A DNA stretch of 64,000 nucleotides, taken from assembly GCA_019058275.1 (NCBI GenBank), contig JAHLVW010000101.1, positions 1 to 64,000 on the forward strand. The letters run 5' to 3'. This DNA is from Candidatus Heimdallarchaeota archaeon (GTDB lineage: Archaea; Asgardarchaeota; Heimdallarchaeia; JABLTI01). Position 1 is the first letter of the stretch; each line of letters begins with the position of its first letter. The notes beneath the pieces are model-generated. The model did not search any database and was not told where the DNA came from. It saw only the letters and a list, made by a program, of their open reading frames with translations. Shown here in pieces: positions 50,499 to 60,906 of the stretch. The translations under genes and the position numbers were made by a program.

Positions 50499-50521
50499 TA
50501 GGGAGAGCTACCATCTCCCTA
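50499..50521 (+). terminator. Hairpin after the micro-ORF array
   Basis: TAGGGAGA-GCTACCA-TCTCCCTA, 12 nt after the last stop; no clear U-tract. Confidence 0.45.
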
Positions 50522-50599
50522 ATTACATATCTTGGGTTTAGGGGTAGTATCGCAGTTTTGTATAAGAAGTTTATAATTTGAATCTTCCAAAATCATTTT

Positions 50600-51016
50600 T
50601 TAATCAATGGGAATGTAAACTTCATGAACATGTACCCATTCTACACCATTCATAGTATCTTCTTTTTTCCGAAATAAAGCTGAGCTTAGTCGAGCATTTG
50701 TCTTACCTAGGACTTCTCCCCATTCTTCATAGGTGACTAAACAAAGATTAGGTTCAATCAAACAGCATTGGATGTTCTTAACCCAGAGACGATAAGGTAT
50801 AGCATCGTTTTTACGAAAACCATAGCCATCTCTAATTTGTACTAATAGATCCTCTCGAGTAGTTACCTTCCCTGTTGGCATGATAAGCATAAATTTCTCA
50901 TTCATAACATTCTCAAATCTCGCATATGTTTCGTCATCATTCTCAATTTCTGATTTGAACCATTGCTCAAAGAATTTGTGCAAACCAATTACTTCTTTCT
51001 CACATTGTTTTTCCAA
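50600..51016 (-). CDS. DUF4440/NTF2-like protein
   Basis: EV..LH.FFE.WF, F.LI.P.G, LVTYEEW, RLSSALF, W.HVHE. Confidence 0.82.
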   Translation of the reverse strand: MEKQCEKEVIGLHKFFEQWFKSEIENDDETYARFENVMNEKFMLIMPTGKVTTREDLLVQIRDGYGFRKNDAIPYRLWVKNIQCCLIEPNLCLVTYEEWGEVLGKTNARLSSALFRKKEDTMNGVEWVHVHEVYIPID

Positions 51017-51209
51017 AATAACACTTCCACTTCTACTATCATCTTTAGATTAAATTTATATTAATTACTAATCTACTTACTTGAACTGTAATAAGAAGAT
51101 ATTTTTAAAAAGTCAACTAGCATCAATTTATAATCATTTAGTATTTTAAATATTGAATTTGAATGTAATACTTGAAGAGGAAAAAAGATATTTCATATGG
51201 GTGATTTTT

Positions 51210-52337
51210 ATGGGTAAATCAATTGCAACTCCATCATCAAAAATTAAATTACGTAAACGTGTTGGAATCCCCAAAGGTTTGATTTACTACCATTATCCAG
51301 AACTTTTCAGAATTTTTTTTGAGGAATTAGGTGCAGAAGTTATTTTCTCAAAAGATAGTAGTCATACATTACTCTTGGAAGCATTACAGTACGCCTCTGA
51401 TGAAGAGTGCTTTTCATGCAAAATTTTCCTCGGTCATATAAAGGATTTGACTGAGAAAGTAGATTATCTTTTTCTCCCTAAATTTCATGGAACACACAAA
51501 TCTGAAGTAAATTGTCCAAAATTTATTGGATTACCTGATGTTATTCGAGCAGTCTTTGAAGATTTGCCACAACTACTTGTTCCATACCATTCTCGTACCA
51601 AGAAAAAACATCGTTCACTACATCTTATTTGGTCTGCATTTACAGTTGGTTATAAAATCACCAAAAATCCGATCAAAATTACTCGAGCGATTATTCGTGC
51701 TGTTAAGGCACAGAAAAAATATGAGGAACAAATAAAATGGAATGAAGAACAACTTCATGCTTGGGAATTAGATACAAAATCTCAAAGTGGTTTAGAGAAA
51801 ATCAAAATCGTTCTTTTAGGACATGCATATGTTTTACATGATCCTATTCTATCCTTTGATATTCCCCAAAGATTAAGGGAGATGGGTGTTGAATTAATTA
51901 CTTCTGAAGAGATGCCTAGCTCAATAATAGAAAAACAACTGAAAAAACTTCACAGTTATCTTTACTTTAAGGAAGAACGTTGCATCGTAGGTTCAGCGCT
52001 ATACTTTCTTGAAAATGAAACTATCGATGGAATACTTCAGCTAATTCCTTACCCATGTGGACCAACTGCTATCTCGAGTGAAATCATTATGCGATACGCA
52101 AAAAAGAAGGAAAAAATTCCTCTCATACAATTAATGGTCGATGACAATACTGGTGAAGCAGGTTTAGTTACTAGACTAGAGGCATTTGTTAACACTATGA
52201 AACGTAAGAAGTTACTACAATTACAAGAATTGCATAAGCACAAGAATTTGGTCATTAAACAAATCCACAAGGTAGATACAGTTGAATTGATGATTGTTAA
52301 ATCAACATCTATAGAAGAGGAGGGAACTATGAAATGA
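51210..52337 (+). CDS. Acyl-CoA dehydratase activase-related (DUF2229) Fe-S subunit
   Basis: VGIPKGL.YY, FFEELGAEV, EECFSCKIFLGH, CPKFIGLPD, LLGHAY...D, CGP, GEAGLVTRLEAF. Start ATG 51210 after GGTGA. Confidence 0.88.
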   Translation: MGKSIATPSSKIKLRKRVGIPKGLIYYHYPELFRIFFEELGAEVIFSKDSSHTLLLEALQYASDEECFSCKIFLGHIKDLTEKVDYLFLPKFHGTHKSEVNCPKFIGLPDVIRAVFEDLPQLLVPYHSRTKKKHRSLHLIWSAFTVGYKITKNPIKITRAIIRAVKAQKKYEEQIKWNEEQLHAWELDTKSQSGLEKIKIVLLGHAYVLHDPILSFDIPQRLREMGVELITSEEMPSSIIEKQLKKLHSYLYFKEERCIVGSALYFLENETIDGILQLIPYPCGPTAISSEIIMRYAKKKEKIPLIQLMVDDNTGEAGLVTRLEAFVNTMKRKKLLQLQELHKHKNLVIKQIHKVDTVELMIVKSTSIEEEGTMK

Positions 52338-53419
52338 TAACATATCCTCCTTTTGGTCCTTCTGGCTATATATTCTTGGCAGGTTTAAAAGATATTGGAA
52401 GGGAAGACTTTCTACATCTCCCACGTCCAACTAAGAAGATGATATCTTTGGGAGTTGCACATAGTCCTGAAACAATTTGTACACCTTTGAAATATTGTGT
52501 TGGAGCATTGTTAACTGGTATAGAAATGGGAGCAACAGAAGTAGTCTTTCCTTCTGGAACAGGTACATGTCGATTTAGTACCTATTATGAATTGATTCGA
52601 TTGATTGCTGAGGATATCGGATATGATGATGTTACATTTCATACATTTGATTATCACTTGCCATTTGATTTGTTAAGGATGTTCAAAAGTATAAGCAATA
52701 ACAAAAGCACTTGGGAAGTCTTTACTTCTTTACTACGTGCTGGTATTCGTAACCGATTACTAGATGACGTTGATGAACAACTCAATTATTATCGAGCTCT
52801 GGAAATTGAAAAAGGATCTTCAGAAAGAGTTGCAGAAGGTTTGTACCAACAAATCATTAATACTAGAAAAAGAAGGGATTTTTCCAAGCTAAAAAATGAC
52901 ATTCCGAAAACATTCAAAGAAAAAGTTGAAATCAATCATATAAAGAATCCAGTAAGGGTCGTTGTTGTTGGTGAGATATATGCTGTTCTTGAACCTGGAA
53001 TGAATCAAGATTTGAACAAACGCATAAATGAATTAGGTGTAGTAGCAAAAACTGGTGTTTCATTAAGAAAGTACACTGATATTGGAGCGAAAATCAATCC
53101 TTTCATTAAAGAACCACATAAAGTTGCTGCTAAGGCAGCTAAAAAATACCTTCCTCATTATTGTGGTGGAGATGCACAACACACTATTGGAGATGCTGTT
53201 CTCTATAAGAAAAAGGGTTGGGATGGATTAATACACTTATACCCATACACATGCATACCAGAATTGATTGCAAAGGATATACTTCCAAAAGTACAACAAG
53301 ATATCGGTATGCCAAAATACTCACTTGTTTTTGATGAGAAAGCTGATGGAGCAGCAATTCAAACAAGACTTGAAGCTTTTATCAATATGTTAAAAAGGAA
53401 AAAATATTTGGGGAATTAA
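52334..53419 (+). CDS. 2-hydroxyacyl-CoA dehydratase/reductase-like (CoA protein activase) subunit
   Basis: SPETICTPLK, GTCRF..Y, VVGEIY.VLEP..N, PYTCIPE, DE....A.QTRLEAF. Confidence 0.88.
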   Translation: MITYPPFGPSGYIFLAGLKDIGREDFLHLPRPTKKMISLGVAHSPETICTPLKYCVGALLTGIEMGATEVVFPSGTGTCRFSTYYELIRLIAEDIGYDDVTFHTFDYHLPFDLLRMFKSISNNKSTWEVFTSLLRAGIRNRLLDDVDEQLNYYRALEIEKGSSERVAEGLYQQIINTRKRRDFSKLKNDIPKTFKEKVEINHIKNPVRVVVVGEIYAVLEPGMNQDLNKRINELGVVAKTGVSLRKYTDIGAKINPFIKEPHKVAAKAAKKYLPHYCGGDAQHTIGDAVLYKKKGWDGLIHLYPYTCIPELIAKDILPKVQQDIGMPKYSLVFDEKADGAAIQTRLEAFINMLKRKKYLGN

Positions 53420-53421
53420 AT

Positions 53422-54420
53422 ATGGCTGAAGCACAATATTACTTAGGAATAGATATTGGTTCAATCACTGGAAAGGTTGCCATTATTGACCGTGAACACA
53501 ATTTGATTGACCGTGTTTATTTACGAACAGAAGGGCAACCAATTAACTGTATTAAAAAAGCTCTCAAAATGATTCATGAACGACAAGGAGATTTACCTAT
53601 TGCTGGTGCAGCTGTAACTGGTTCTGGTAGGAAATTGCTTCAGAAAGTAGTAGGTGCTGATATTGCTCGAGATGAAATAACAGCTCATGCAGTAGCAGCA
53701 GTAGATTATTGTCCTGATGTAAAAACGGTTATTGATATTGGTGGACAGGATAGTAAATTGATCATTATTAGAGATCAACTTGTTATGGATTTTGCTATGA
53801 ATAGTATTTGCGCAGCAGGAACCGGTTCATTTCTAGACAAACTAAGCGATCAACTAGGAGTGCTAATAGAGGATTTTGGATCGTGTGCTATTTGTTCAAC
53901 TGATCCAGCTGTGATTTCAGGGAGGTGCACAGTCTTTGCAGAATCAGATATCATAACAAAAAAGAATACTGGTTATAAAAAAGAAGATATCTTGATGGGA
54001 TTGTGTAACAGGTTAGTTGAAAATTATAAAACAAATTTGGGACGAGGTAAGCACATTTTACCTCCCATTCTCTTTCAAGGTGGAGTGGCAAAGAATCAAG
54101 GTATAATTAATGCTTTTGAGGATGTGCTTAAGAAAGAATTGAATGGAACTAGTATCATTATACCTGATAATCATGATGTTTTAGGTGCAGTTGGAGCAGC
54201 TATTTTAGCACAAGAAGAAATGATGATTAGAGAACTAGAAAATAGAAGCACAACAAGCTCTTTTCTAGGTTGGAAAATACCAGACATTAATTATCAAACG
54301 AAAAGTTTCTTGTGTAAAGGCTGTGAGAATATTTGTGAAATTATAGAAATAAAACGAGAAGGAGAAGTCATTGGACGATGGGGTGGCAAGTGCTCGAAAT
54401 GGGATGTTAGTGAAAATTAA
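53422..54420 (+). CDS. HgdC/BadF-type ATP-dependent activase with C-terminal Fe-S motif
   Basis: GIDIGSIT.K, TGSGR, EITAH, IDIGGQDSK, MNSICAAGTGSFL, RCTVFAESD, GGVA.N, CKGCENIC...GGKC. Confidence 0.92.
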   Translation: MAEAQYYLGIDIGSITGKVAIIDREHNLIDRVYLRTEGQPINCIKKALKMIHERQGDLPIAGAAVTGSGRKLLQKVVGADIARDEITAHAVAAVDYCPDVKTVIDIGGQDSKLIIIRDQLVMDFAMNSICAAGTGSFLDKLSDQLGVLIEDFGSCAICSTDPAVISGRCTVFAESDIITKKNTGYKKEDILMGLCNRLVENYKTNLGRGKHILPPILFQGGVAKNQGIINAFEDVLKKELNGTSIIIPDNHDVLGAVGAAILAQEEMMIRELENRSTTSSFLGWKIPDINYQTKSFLCKGCENICEIIEIKREGEVIGRWGGKCSKWDVSEN

Positions 54421-54671
54421 AAATAAAATACAAACTTCATAGCAGTTATTTCTATGAAGCATTATAACAAAAATTCTATAATTCTTTTTCAAATTGTGAA
54501 GATGCCCTTATTTTTAAAAATTTGATTGGTGAATGCTTCTTGAGCTTGATATCTAGATTCAATCATTAGTTCCAAGTACCTTAAACCAGTTTTTGTTCAT
54601 ACAGCTAATATAAAATATGAGAAGCGCTTAACAAAATATAGTTGGGTATCTCATCATAATGGTGGATACAA

Positions 54672-55520
54672 ATGCAAAAAATCTCTGTTGCAAAAGAAGT
54701 TCAAAATTTAAAAAGTAAAGATGTCGGAGTGCGTAAGAAGGCAGCTTGGAATTTAGGAGAGTCAGGTGACAAAAGAGCTGTCAGCGCCTTAGTTTCTATT
54801 TTAAAATCTGATCCAGATAGATTTGTTCGAAAGAACACAGCTAAGGCTTTAGCTAAAATAGGCGACTCAAGAGCATTATCTTCTCTAAAATATTCTAAAC
54901 AAAAGGACAAAGATGAAAAAGTGAGAGAAGAAGCAGGATACGCAATTGTTCGTATCAAAGAATTAAACTCTAAATCGAAGAAGAATAAAGTTAAGGTGTC
55001 AAAAACAGTTGGAAGGATAAAACCGAAGACTTCGGTAAGAAGACCAGCTCAGCGACCATTATCAACAAGACCAAAAACTAAACCAGCAAAGAAACCAACT
55101 TCACAAGTAAGATCAACGAAACCAGTTAAAAGAAAACCTAGTAAAACTCTCACAAGAGCATCAAAAGTAAAAGCAAGGAGTCAGAGAGGAAAAGTACCAA
55201 CTAAAAAGAAAACTAGTGTATCAAAACATGTTAGAATACAATCAAAACCACAGATCACATCGAGTAGACCAAAAATAAAAAGTACTACCCGAAAATCGAA
55301 GCCTAAGAAAGTAGTTCCAAGACTACCTGCAAAACCTACCTCTTCAAAGAGAACTAGCAATGTTCAATACTCAACCAAGAAAACAACCCACAGCAGTTCT
55401 CTCAAACCTAAATCAGTAATGAAAAAGAGTCAAAAGCCAACTGCTAAGAAAACTTCCAAAACTAAATCAAAAAAAAATGGAAACATAAAACCAGTACCTG
55501 TTAGAAAAAAGAGAAGATAG
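54672..55520 (+). CDS. HEAT (PBS-lyase) repeat protein with long K/R/S/P/T-rich tail
   Basis: VRKKAAWNLGE.GD.RAV, VRKNTAKALAKIGD.RAL, VREEA; ~185-aa basic low-complexity tail. Confidence 0.8.
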   Translation: MQKISVAKEVQNLKSKDVGVRKKAAWNLGESGDKRAVSALVSILKSDPDRFVRKNTAKALAKIGDSRALSSLKYSKQKDKDEKVREEAGYAIVRIKELNSKSKKNKVKVSKTVGRIKPKTSVRRPAQRPLSTRPKTKPAKKPTSQVRSTKPVKRKPSKTLTRASKVKARSQRGKVPTKKKTSVSKHVRIQSKPQITSSRPKIKSTTRKSKPKKVVPRLPAKPTSSKRTSNVQYSTKKTTHSSSLKPKSVMKKSQKPTAKKTSKTKSKKNGNIKPVPVRKKRR

Positions 55521-55610
55521 CCACCAATTGTTGAGATGAGTTTCTGGATTATTCTTTTAAGTATCATTTACTTTACATTGACTAAAGGTGCAGTATAAGG
55601 AGAGAATCAT

Positions 55611-56471
55611 ATGGATGAGGATGAATTAACACTTCTATTTCCTACTATTAAATCACGAGAGAAATATCTCGTGGAAATGAGAGATGGAGTAAAAGTAGCA
55701 TTATACAAGTTTCTCCCAAATGAAGAAGAGAACTCAGAAACAAAAAGGCCCATTTTTCTTATCCCAGGATTCATAGCATACTTAGGTGTATGGAGTACAA
55801 TTATCAATAGTTTGGTAAAAGAGAGATTTCCAGTTTATGCATTTGAATCAAGGGAGAAGAGTACTTCCACTTCTAAAGTAACTGATGAGAATTTCAATGT
55901 TGAAGGTATGGTTGATGATGTAAAAGATGTACTTCAATATTTGAAACTACAACAACCATTCTTTATGGCAGGTAATTCATTAGGTACATCAATCATATTG
56001 AAGCACATAATAAAAAATGTAGATAACAAAGAATTACTACCCTCAAAAATTGCACTTATTCAAGCGGTCTATAGCTCAGCCTCATTAAGTGGACAAATTA
56101 AATTGGCAAAATATCGATTGTTCTTTAAATCATTTATAAAATTAACAATATTTTTTGCACCAATACTTTATTGGAAAAGACGTAAAACACAACCTAAGAC
56201 TTATCAGGTTTCAATCAGCAATTTAAGACATGCAGATTTAGAAAAAATGCGAGTCGGATTAATTCGTTCAGTAGATGTATTTGATGCTTTGTCGAAAGTA
56301 GAAATTCCATCTTTAGCTATTGGGTTTACAGATGATGAAATTCATCCAACAGATCAAGTATATCAAATATCTCAACTAGTTAAAAATGGACAATATTTAG
56401 AAATCGCAGAGAAAGAAACATTACACACAATTGATACTGCTAATTTAATTGCTAGTTTCTTGATGGAATAG
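55611..56471 (+). CDS. Alpha/beta hydrolase
   Basis: MRDGVKVA, FLIPGF, GNSLG, IPSL..G..DD.IH, LH. Confidence 0.8.
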   Translation: MDEDELTLLFPTIKSREKYLVEMRDGVKVALYKFLPNEEENSETKRPIFLIPGFIAYLGVWSTIINSLVKERFPVYAFESREKSTSTSKVTDENFNVEGMVDDVKDVLQYLKLQQPFFMAGNSLGTSIILKHIIKNVDNKELLPSKIALIQAVYSSASLSGQIKLAKYRLFFKSFIKLTIFFAPILYWKRRKTQPKTYQVSISNLRHADLEKMRVGLIRSVDVFDALSKVEIPSLAIGFTDDEIHPTDQVYQISQLVKNGQYLEIAEKETLHTIDTANLIASFLME

Positions 56472-56504
56472 ATTTTAGATTATTTCATCAAAGCTCTAAC
56501 TAGT

Positions 56505-57323
56505 TTACGTTTTCTTCTTGGATGCTTTTTTTATAAGCTCATTAATTCTCTTTAAAATGAAATCTTTCTCTTCAGTTATTCCTTCTCTAAGTCTAGCAAC
56601 AATAGTTACTAATTCCCATTTTTTTATTTCTTTGCGTTTCATTTTAGCCTTTTTACAATAATGGTAGAGATACAATCGAGAAGCAACTGAACGGAAAATT
56701 TTGATTTTCAATTTATCAATTCTTGATATGATTTGCATTGGTGAACCATATTTCATAATATAATAAGATCTTGCAACATCAGCAGCAGGAGCTCCTTGAA
56801 CTGAAGTTATCCAATCAATTACAACAAGACTTTTCTCTGCATAAAGGATGTTATCAGGATGAAAGTCTCGATGACAAAGAATGTTTTTAGAAGGCAAGTT
56901 ATCTAGCACCTTAATAATAAGGTTCCTTTGATTATCATCTAATTCCTTAACTCTCTTTATGTCATTTAGCAGATAGTTTTTCAAATCATTTAGTCCTGCA
57001 ACTCCACACTTATGCATTTCTACATGTAATTCAACAAAACGTTTTACTTCTTTAAAAATACTAAATGGATTCCTTGTAAATACTTCAAGCAAAGTGGGTC
57101 CTTGAATATATTCAAAAATGATACCGGTTTTATTTTGAATTCTAGTTTTTTCAAACACCTTAGGGATATTCGGATAGATATCTTGAACTATCTTGTTAAT
57201 GTGAAACTCAAAATCAATACTTTTTTCTGAGAAATTTTCATGAAATAATTTTATTACCTTATCTTCTCCCCATAAATAAATGTCAGCAGTTCTACCTCTT
57301 CCTATTAATTTACCTAAAGTCAA
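56505..57323 (-). CDS. APH/choline-kinase-family phosphotransferase
   Basis: IGRGRTADIY, VIKLF, LCHRDFHPDNI, VIDW, DVAR. Confidence 0.88.
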   Translation of the reverse strand: MTLGKLIGRGRTADIYLWGEDKVIKLFHENFSEKSIDFEFHINKIVQDIYPNIPKVFEKTRIQNKTGIIFEYIQGPTLLEVFTRNPFSIFKEVKRFVELHVEMHKCGVAGLNDLKNYLLNDIKRVKELDDNQRNLIIKVLDNLPSKNILCHRDFHPDNILYAEKSLVVIDWITSVQGAPAADVARSYYIMKYGSPMQIISRIDKLKIKIFRSVASRLYLYHYCKKAKMKRKEIKKWELVTIVARLREGITEEKDFILKRINELIKKASKKKT

Positions 57324-57487
57324 TGAGATTCATTCTTTAGTTTATTTGAGGTTTATTACAAAGATATACTAATACAAGATAAACCAATTAAGACAATTCA
57401 GAAATAAAAAGGTTATATATTTCTAATTCTTTTCAGTAAAATACTAATTCACAATTTGAAAAGAAAAATGAGAAGAAAAAGAATTAG

Positions 57488-58210
57488 CTATTGATTATTA
57501 ATTTCTAATTCTTTTAGATTTAATGAAAATTCAATACAGGAAATTATGCCAGTTATGCCAAATAATATGCTACTTATGAAGAATCTGTAGGAAAGACCAA
57601 TGACTTCTACAATGATGAAAGCGATCATTGAACCAAGAGCTGAAATAATCCAGAAAGGTAGTATAAATGGTGATATCATTAAATGGGTTGATAATCCATT
57701 TTGCTTTTTGAGATTGTAAAAGGTAATGCTTAGCAATAAGAAAATCAGTGTTAAAATTACTGCAGTAACTGCCAAACTTATAGCTGCAGTAGTAGTAAGA
57801 GCAATACCTATTGCGTCTCCTTGTGATATAACAAGATAAACTGTAATATAACTGACTAAATTTAATATTATATCAAGAATTATTTTGGCAATACCAATTA
57901 TAATGATTGCATTGAAAATCCCCTTATTCTTAAGAGGGAGATAATTCCCGAGTCTATTGAATCCCAGTATAAATATGATTAAACCAATACTTAGAAATGA
58001 TAATTCAATGGATAAGACTATTTGTACTAGTAAGCCCATTATTTCAGGTAAAGAACTTACATGAATAATAAGCATAGAGATAAGCATTCGCATTGAAAAA
58101 GCTAGAAAGCTTGCTCCGATAAAACATGCACCGATCTTTAGCAGGCGTGCTGACCAATTCAACTCGTTGGCTAAAATGACCCTACTTGACTCTTCTTGAT
58201 CTTTAAACAT
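57488..58210 (-). CDS. Hypothetical multi-pass membrane protein
   Basis: About six hydrophobic segments; GAGGG RBS. Confidence 0.65.
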   Translation of the reverse strand: MFKDQEESSRVILANELNWSARLLKIGACFIGASFLAFSMRMLISMLIIHVSSLPEIMGLLVQIVLSIELSFLSIGLIIFILGFNRLGNYLPLKNKGIFNAIIIIGIAKIILDIILNLVSYITVYLVISQGDAIGIALTTTAAISLAVTAVILTLIFLLLSITFYNLKKQNGLSTHLMISPFILPFWIISALGSMIAFIIVEVIGLSYRFFISSILFGITGIISCIEFSLNLKELEINNQ

Positions 58211-58314
58211 AGATAGAATATCCCTCTCTATTTTTTGGGGATAATCTGTTATTTAAACCTACATTTATTTTACAGTCTCAACATATATAACAACTGAAAA
58301 CATCTTCTATGTAG

Positions 58315-59280
58315 GTGATTATATTGACTAAAGTAATTCCTCTTCAAAAAATAAAAAAAGTGTTACAAAAGATCGATCCCATTAAAGAAATCGAAGAAGG
58401 ATTCATTGCCTATTCCAATGGGAAAGTTGTGGTTCCACCAGTAGGGGAATTACAGTTTGAAAAACCTCATGGAGAGGTTCATATCAAATATGGTTATATA
58501 AAAAATGACGATTATTTCGTAATCAAAATCGCTTCAGGATATTATGAGAATATAAAACTTGGATTGCCAAATTATTCAGGACTTATGCTATTGTTCTCTC
58601 AAAAAACAGGTGAGTTAATCAGTATTTTACTTGATGAAGGACATTTAACAAATATTAGAACAGCAGCTGCAGGTGCTGTTGTAGCTAAATATTTCGCACC
58701 AAAGAAAGTTAAGCGTATCGGTATATATGGCGCGGGGGTTCAAGGAAAAATGCAGTTGGAATATCTAAAACCACTTGTTGATTGTCAAGATGTAATTGTA
58801 TGGGGTCTAAATGCAAAAGAGCTTGAACTTTACAAAAAAGAAATGGAACCTTTTGGTTTTAACATTGAAACTACTGAGAATTCAGAAGATGTTACTTCTA
58901 CCAGTAATCTAATAGTTACTTGTACTCCTTCAACCAGTCCTTTAATTTACATTGATCAAATTCAAAAGGGGATACACATTACCGCTATGGGTTCAGATAC
59001 TCCAGAAAAACAGGAATTGGATTCAGCAATTCTGAAAAAAGCAGATTTAGTAATCGTTGACAGTATAAGTCAATCACTTGCTCGAGGTGAATGTTACCAA
59101 GCTATGAGCGCAGGAATGATTACAAAAGAGAATCTTGTTGAACTGGGTCATGCTATTCAACAGAAAAAATCACAAAGAACATCAGATGATCAAATAACTA
59201 TAGCTGATTTAACAGGCGTAGCTGTACAAGATATCCAAATTACTAAAGCAGTCTGGAATGCTCTATCTGTGGAAAAGTGA
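58315..59280 (+). CDS. Ornithine cyclodeaminase/mu-crystallin family imine reductase
   Basis: VVVPP, HIK.G, LTNIRTAAAGA, GAGVQG, HITAMGSD, ADLTGVAVQD. Confidence 0.9.
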   Translation: MIILTKVIPLQKIKKVLQKIDPIKEIEEGFIAYSNGKVVVPPVGELQFEKPHGEVHIKYGYIKNDDYFVIKIASGYYENIKLGLPNYSGLMLLFSQKTGELISILLDEGHLTNIRTAAAGAVVAKYFAPKKVKRIGIYGAGVQGKMQLEYLKPLVDCQDVIVWGLNAKELELYKKEMEPFGFNIETTENSEDVTSTSNLIVTCTPSTSPLIYIDQIQKGIHITAMGSDTPEKQELDSAILKKADLVIVDSISQSLARGECYQAMSAGMITKENLVELGHAIQQKKSQRTSDDQITIADLTGVAVQDIQITKAVWNALSVEK

Positions 59281-59293
59281 TATTCAACTGTTA

Positions 59294-60790
59294 TCAATCT
59301 ATATAAAAGGATTTGAGGAATTTAGGTGGATTGTGGATCTTTGTTGCTTGTTCATAGGCATATGCATATTTGAGAAGTTTTGGTTCTTGAAATGCTGAAG
59401 TAAAGAATGAGATACCAACTGGTAAGTCAAAAATATAACCTGCAGGAACCGTAATATTTGGATAACCAGCAACTGCTGCTGCAGAAGAACTTCCACCACC
59501 AAAATGGTCACCATTAGCAGGATCAACTGGCCAAGCTGGGCCACCACTTGGGGCAATAATAGCATCAAGATGATGTTCGTGGATTGTAGTATCAATTCCT
59601 TCTTCTGCTGCGATTTTCTTGCATTGTTCAAGAGCAGTTTGATACTCTCCATCAGTAAGAGGTCCCTTTTCCTCAGCTCGAATGAAATGTTCTTGTCCAA
59701 AATAAGGCATTATCTGTTCTTTGTGTTTTTCATTATAATCAATCAGATCTTTCAATGATTTATGAGGTATATCTAATCCTCGTTCTGTTAGATATTTATT
59801 CATATCATGTTTTAACTCATACAGAAGAACAGTATATTCTGGTTCTCTCAATTCTTTAACGTTTTCAACTGTGACAGGATCTATAATAACAGCTCCTAGA
59901 TCTTTCATTATTTCAATTGCTTTTTCCATTACTTTATCAACTAAATCATTAAAGCCAAAGTAATTACGAGCAACACCTATTCTTGCTCCTCTTAAACCAT
60001 TAGGATCCAAATAAACAGTGTAATCTGAAGGAATTCTATCTTTACTATTTGATGTAACTGGATCCTCAGGATCCACTCCAGCCATTACATTTAGCAATAA
60101 GGCTGCATCTCGAACAGTTCTAGCTATTGGACCAGCAATATCTTGACTATGAGCAATGGGAATGATACCAGTTCGACTGACTAGTCCCATTGTTGGTTTA
60201 ATCCCAACTATTCCATTAACATGTGCAGGACAAATAACAGAACCATCTGTTTCAGTTCCAATAGCTACTGTACAGAAATCAGCAGCTACAGCAACAGCTG
60301 AACCCGAACTGGAACCACAGGGACTACGATCGAGTATGTAAGGATTTTTAGTCTGACCACCACGACTACTCCAACCACTGCTTGAACGAGTAGATCTGAA
60401 ATTAGCCCATTCGCTAAGGTTAGTTTTTCCCAAAATGATTGCACCAGCATCTCTTAGCTTTTGAACGATGAAAGCATCTTGTAGAGCAATATGACCATCT
60501 AAAGCAAGTGACCCAGCAGTAGTCATCATTTTATCTGCTGTATCAATATTGTCTTTTAATAAAACAGGAATGCCATGAAGAGAACTTCTTGGACCTTTCT
60601 TCTTTCGTTCTTTATCAAGATTCTCAGCAATGTCCAAGACATCAGGATTGATTTCAATGATAGCATTCAATTTTGGACCATTCTTATCAATTTGTTCAAT
60701 TCTTTCAAGAAACAATTCTGTTAATTCTTTGGCAGTTATTTCTCCCAATTTCATCATTTTTTGCAAATCATCTATAGTAAATTCCATCAT
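59294..60790 (-). CDS. Amidase-signature family amidase
   Basis: LHGIPVLLKDNI, GKTNLSEWAN, GSSSGS, GTETDGS, GIKPT. Confidence 0.94.
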   Translation of the reverse strand: MMEFTIDDLQKMMKLGEITAKELTELFLERIEQIDKNGPKLNAIIEINPDVLDIAENLDKERKKKGPRSSLHGIPVLLKDNIDTADKMMTTAGSLALDGHIALQDAFIVQKLRDAGAIILGKTNLSEWANFRSTRSSSGWSSRGGQTKNPYILDRSPCGSSSGSAVAVAADFCTVAIGTETDGSVICPAHVNGIVGIKPTMGLVSRTGIIPIAHSQDIAGPIARTVRDAALLLNVMAGVDPEDPVTSNSKDRIPSDYTVYLDPNGLRGARIGVARNYFGFNDLVDKVMEKAIEIMKDLGAVIIDPVTVENVKELREPEYTVLLYELKHDMNKYLTERGLDIPHKSLKDLIDYNEKHKEQIMPYFGQEHFIRAEEKGPLTDGEYQTALEQCKKIAAEEGIDTTIHEHHLDAIIAPSGGPAWPVDPANGDHFGGGSSSAAAVAGYPNITVPAGYIFDLPVGISFFTSAFQEPKLLKYAYAYEQATKIHNPPKFLKSFYID

Positions 60791-60906
60791 TTCTGTTCCA
60801 CCAAAATATGTAACAAATAGTAATTTGTTCTTTTAAATATCTTCATTAAACATTAATGCAATTTAGGATTAACAAAAATTAAAAACCATTAATGAAGAAG
60901 TAAATT

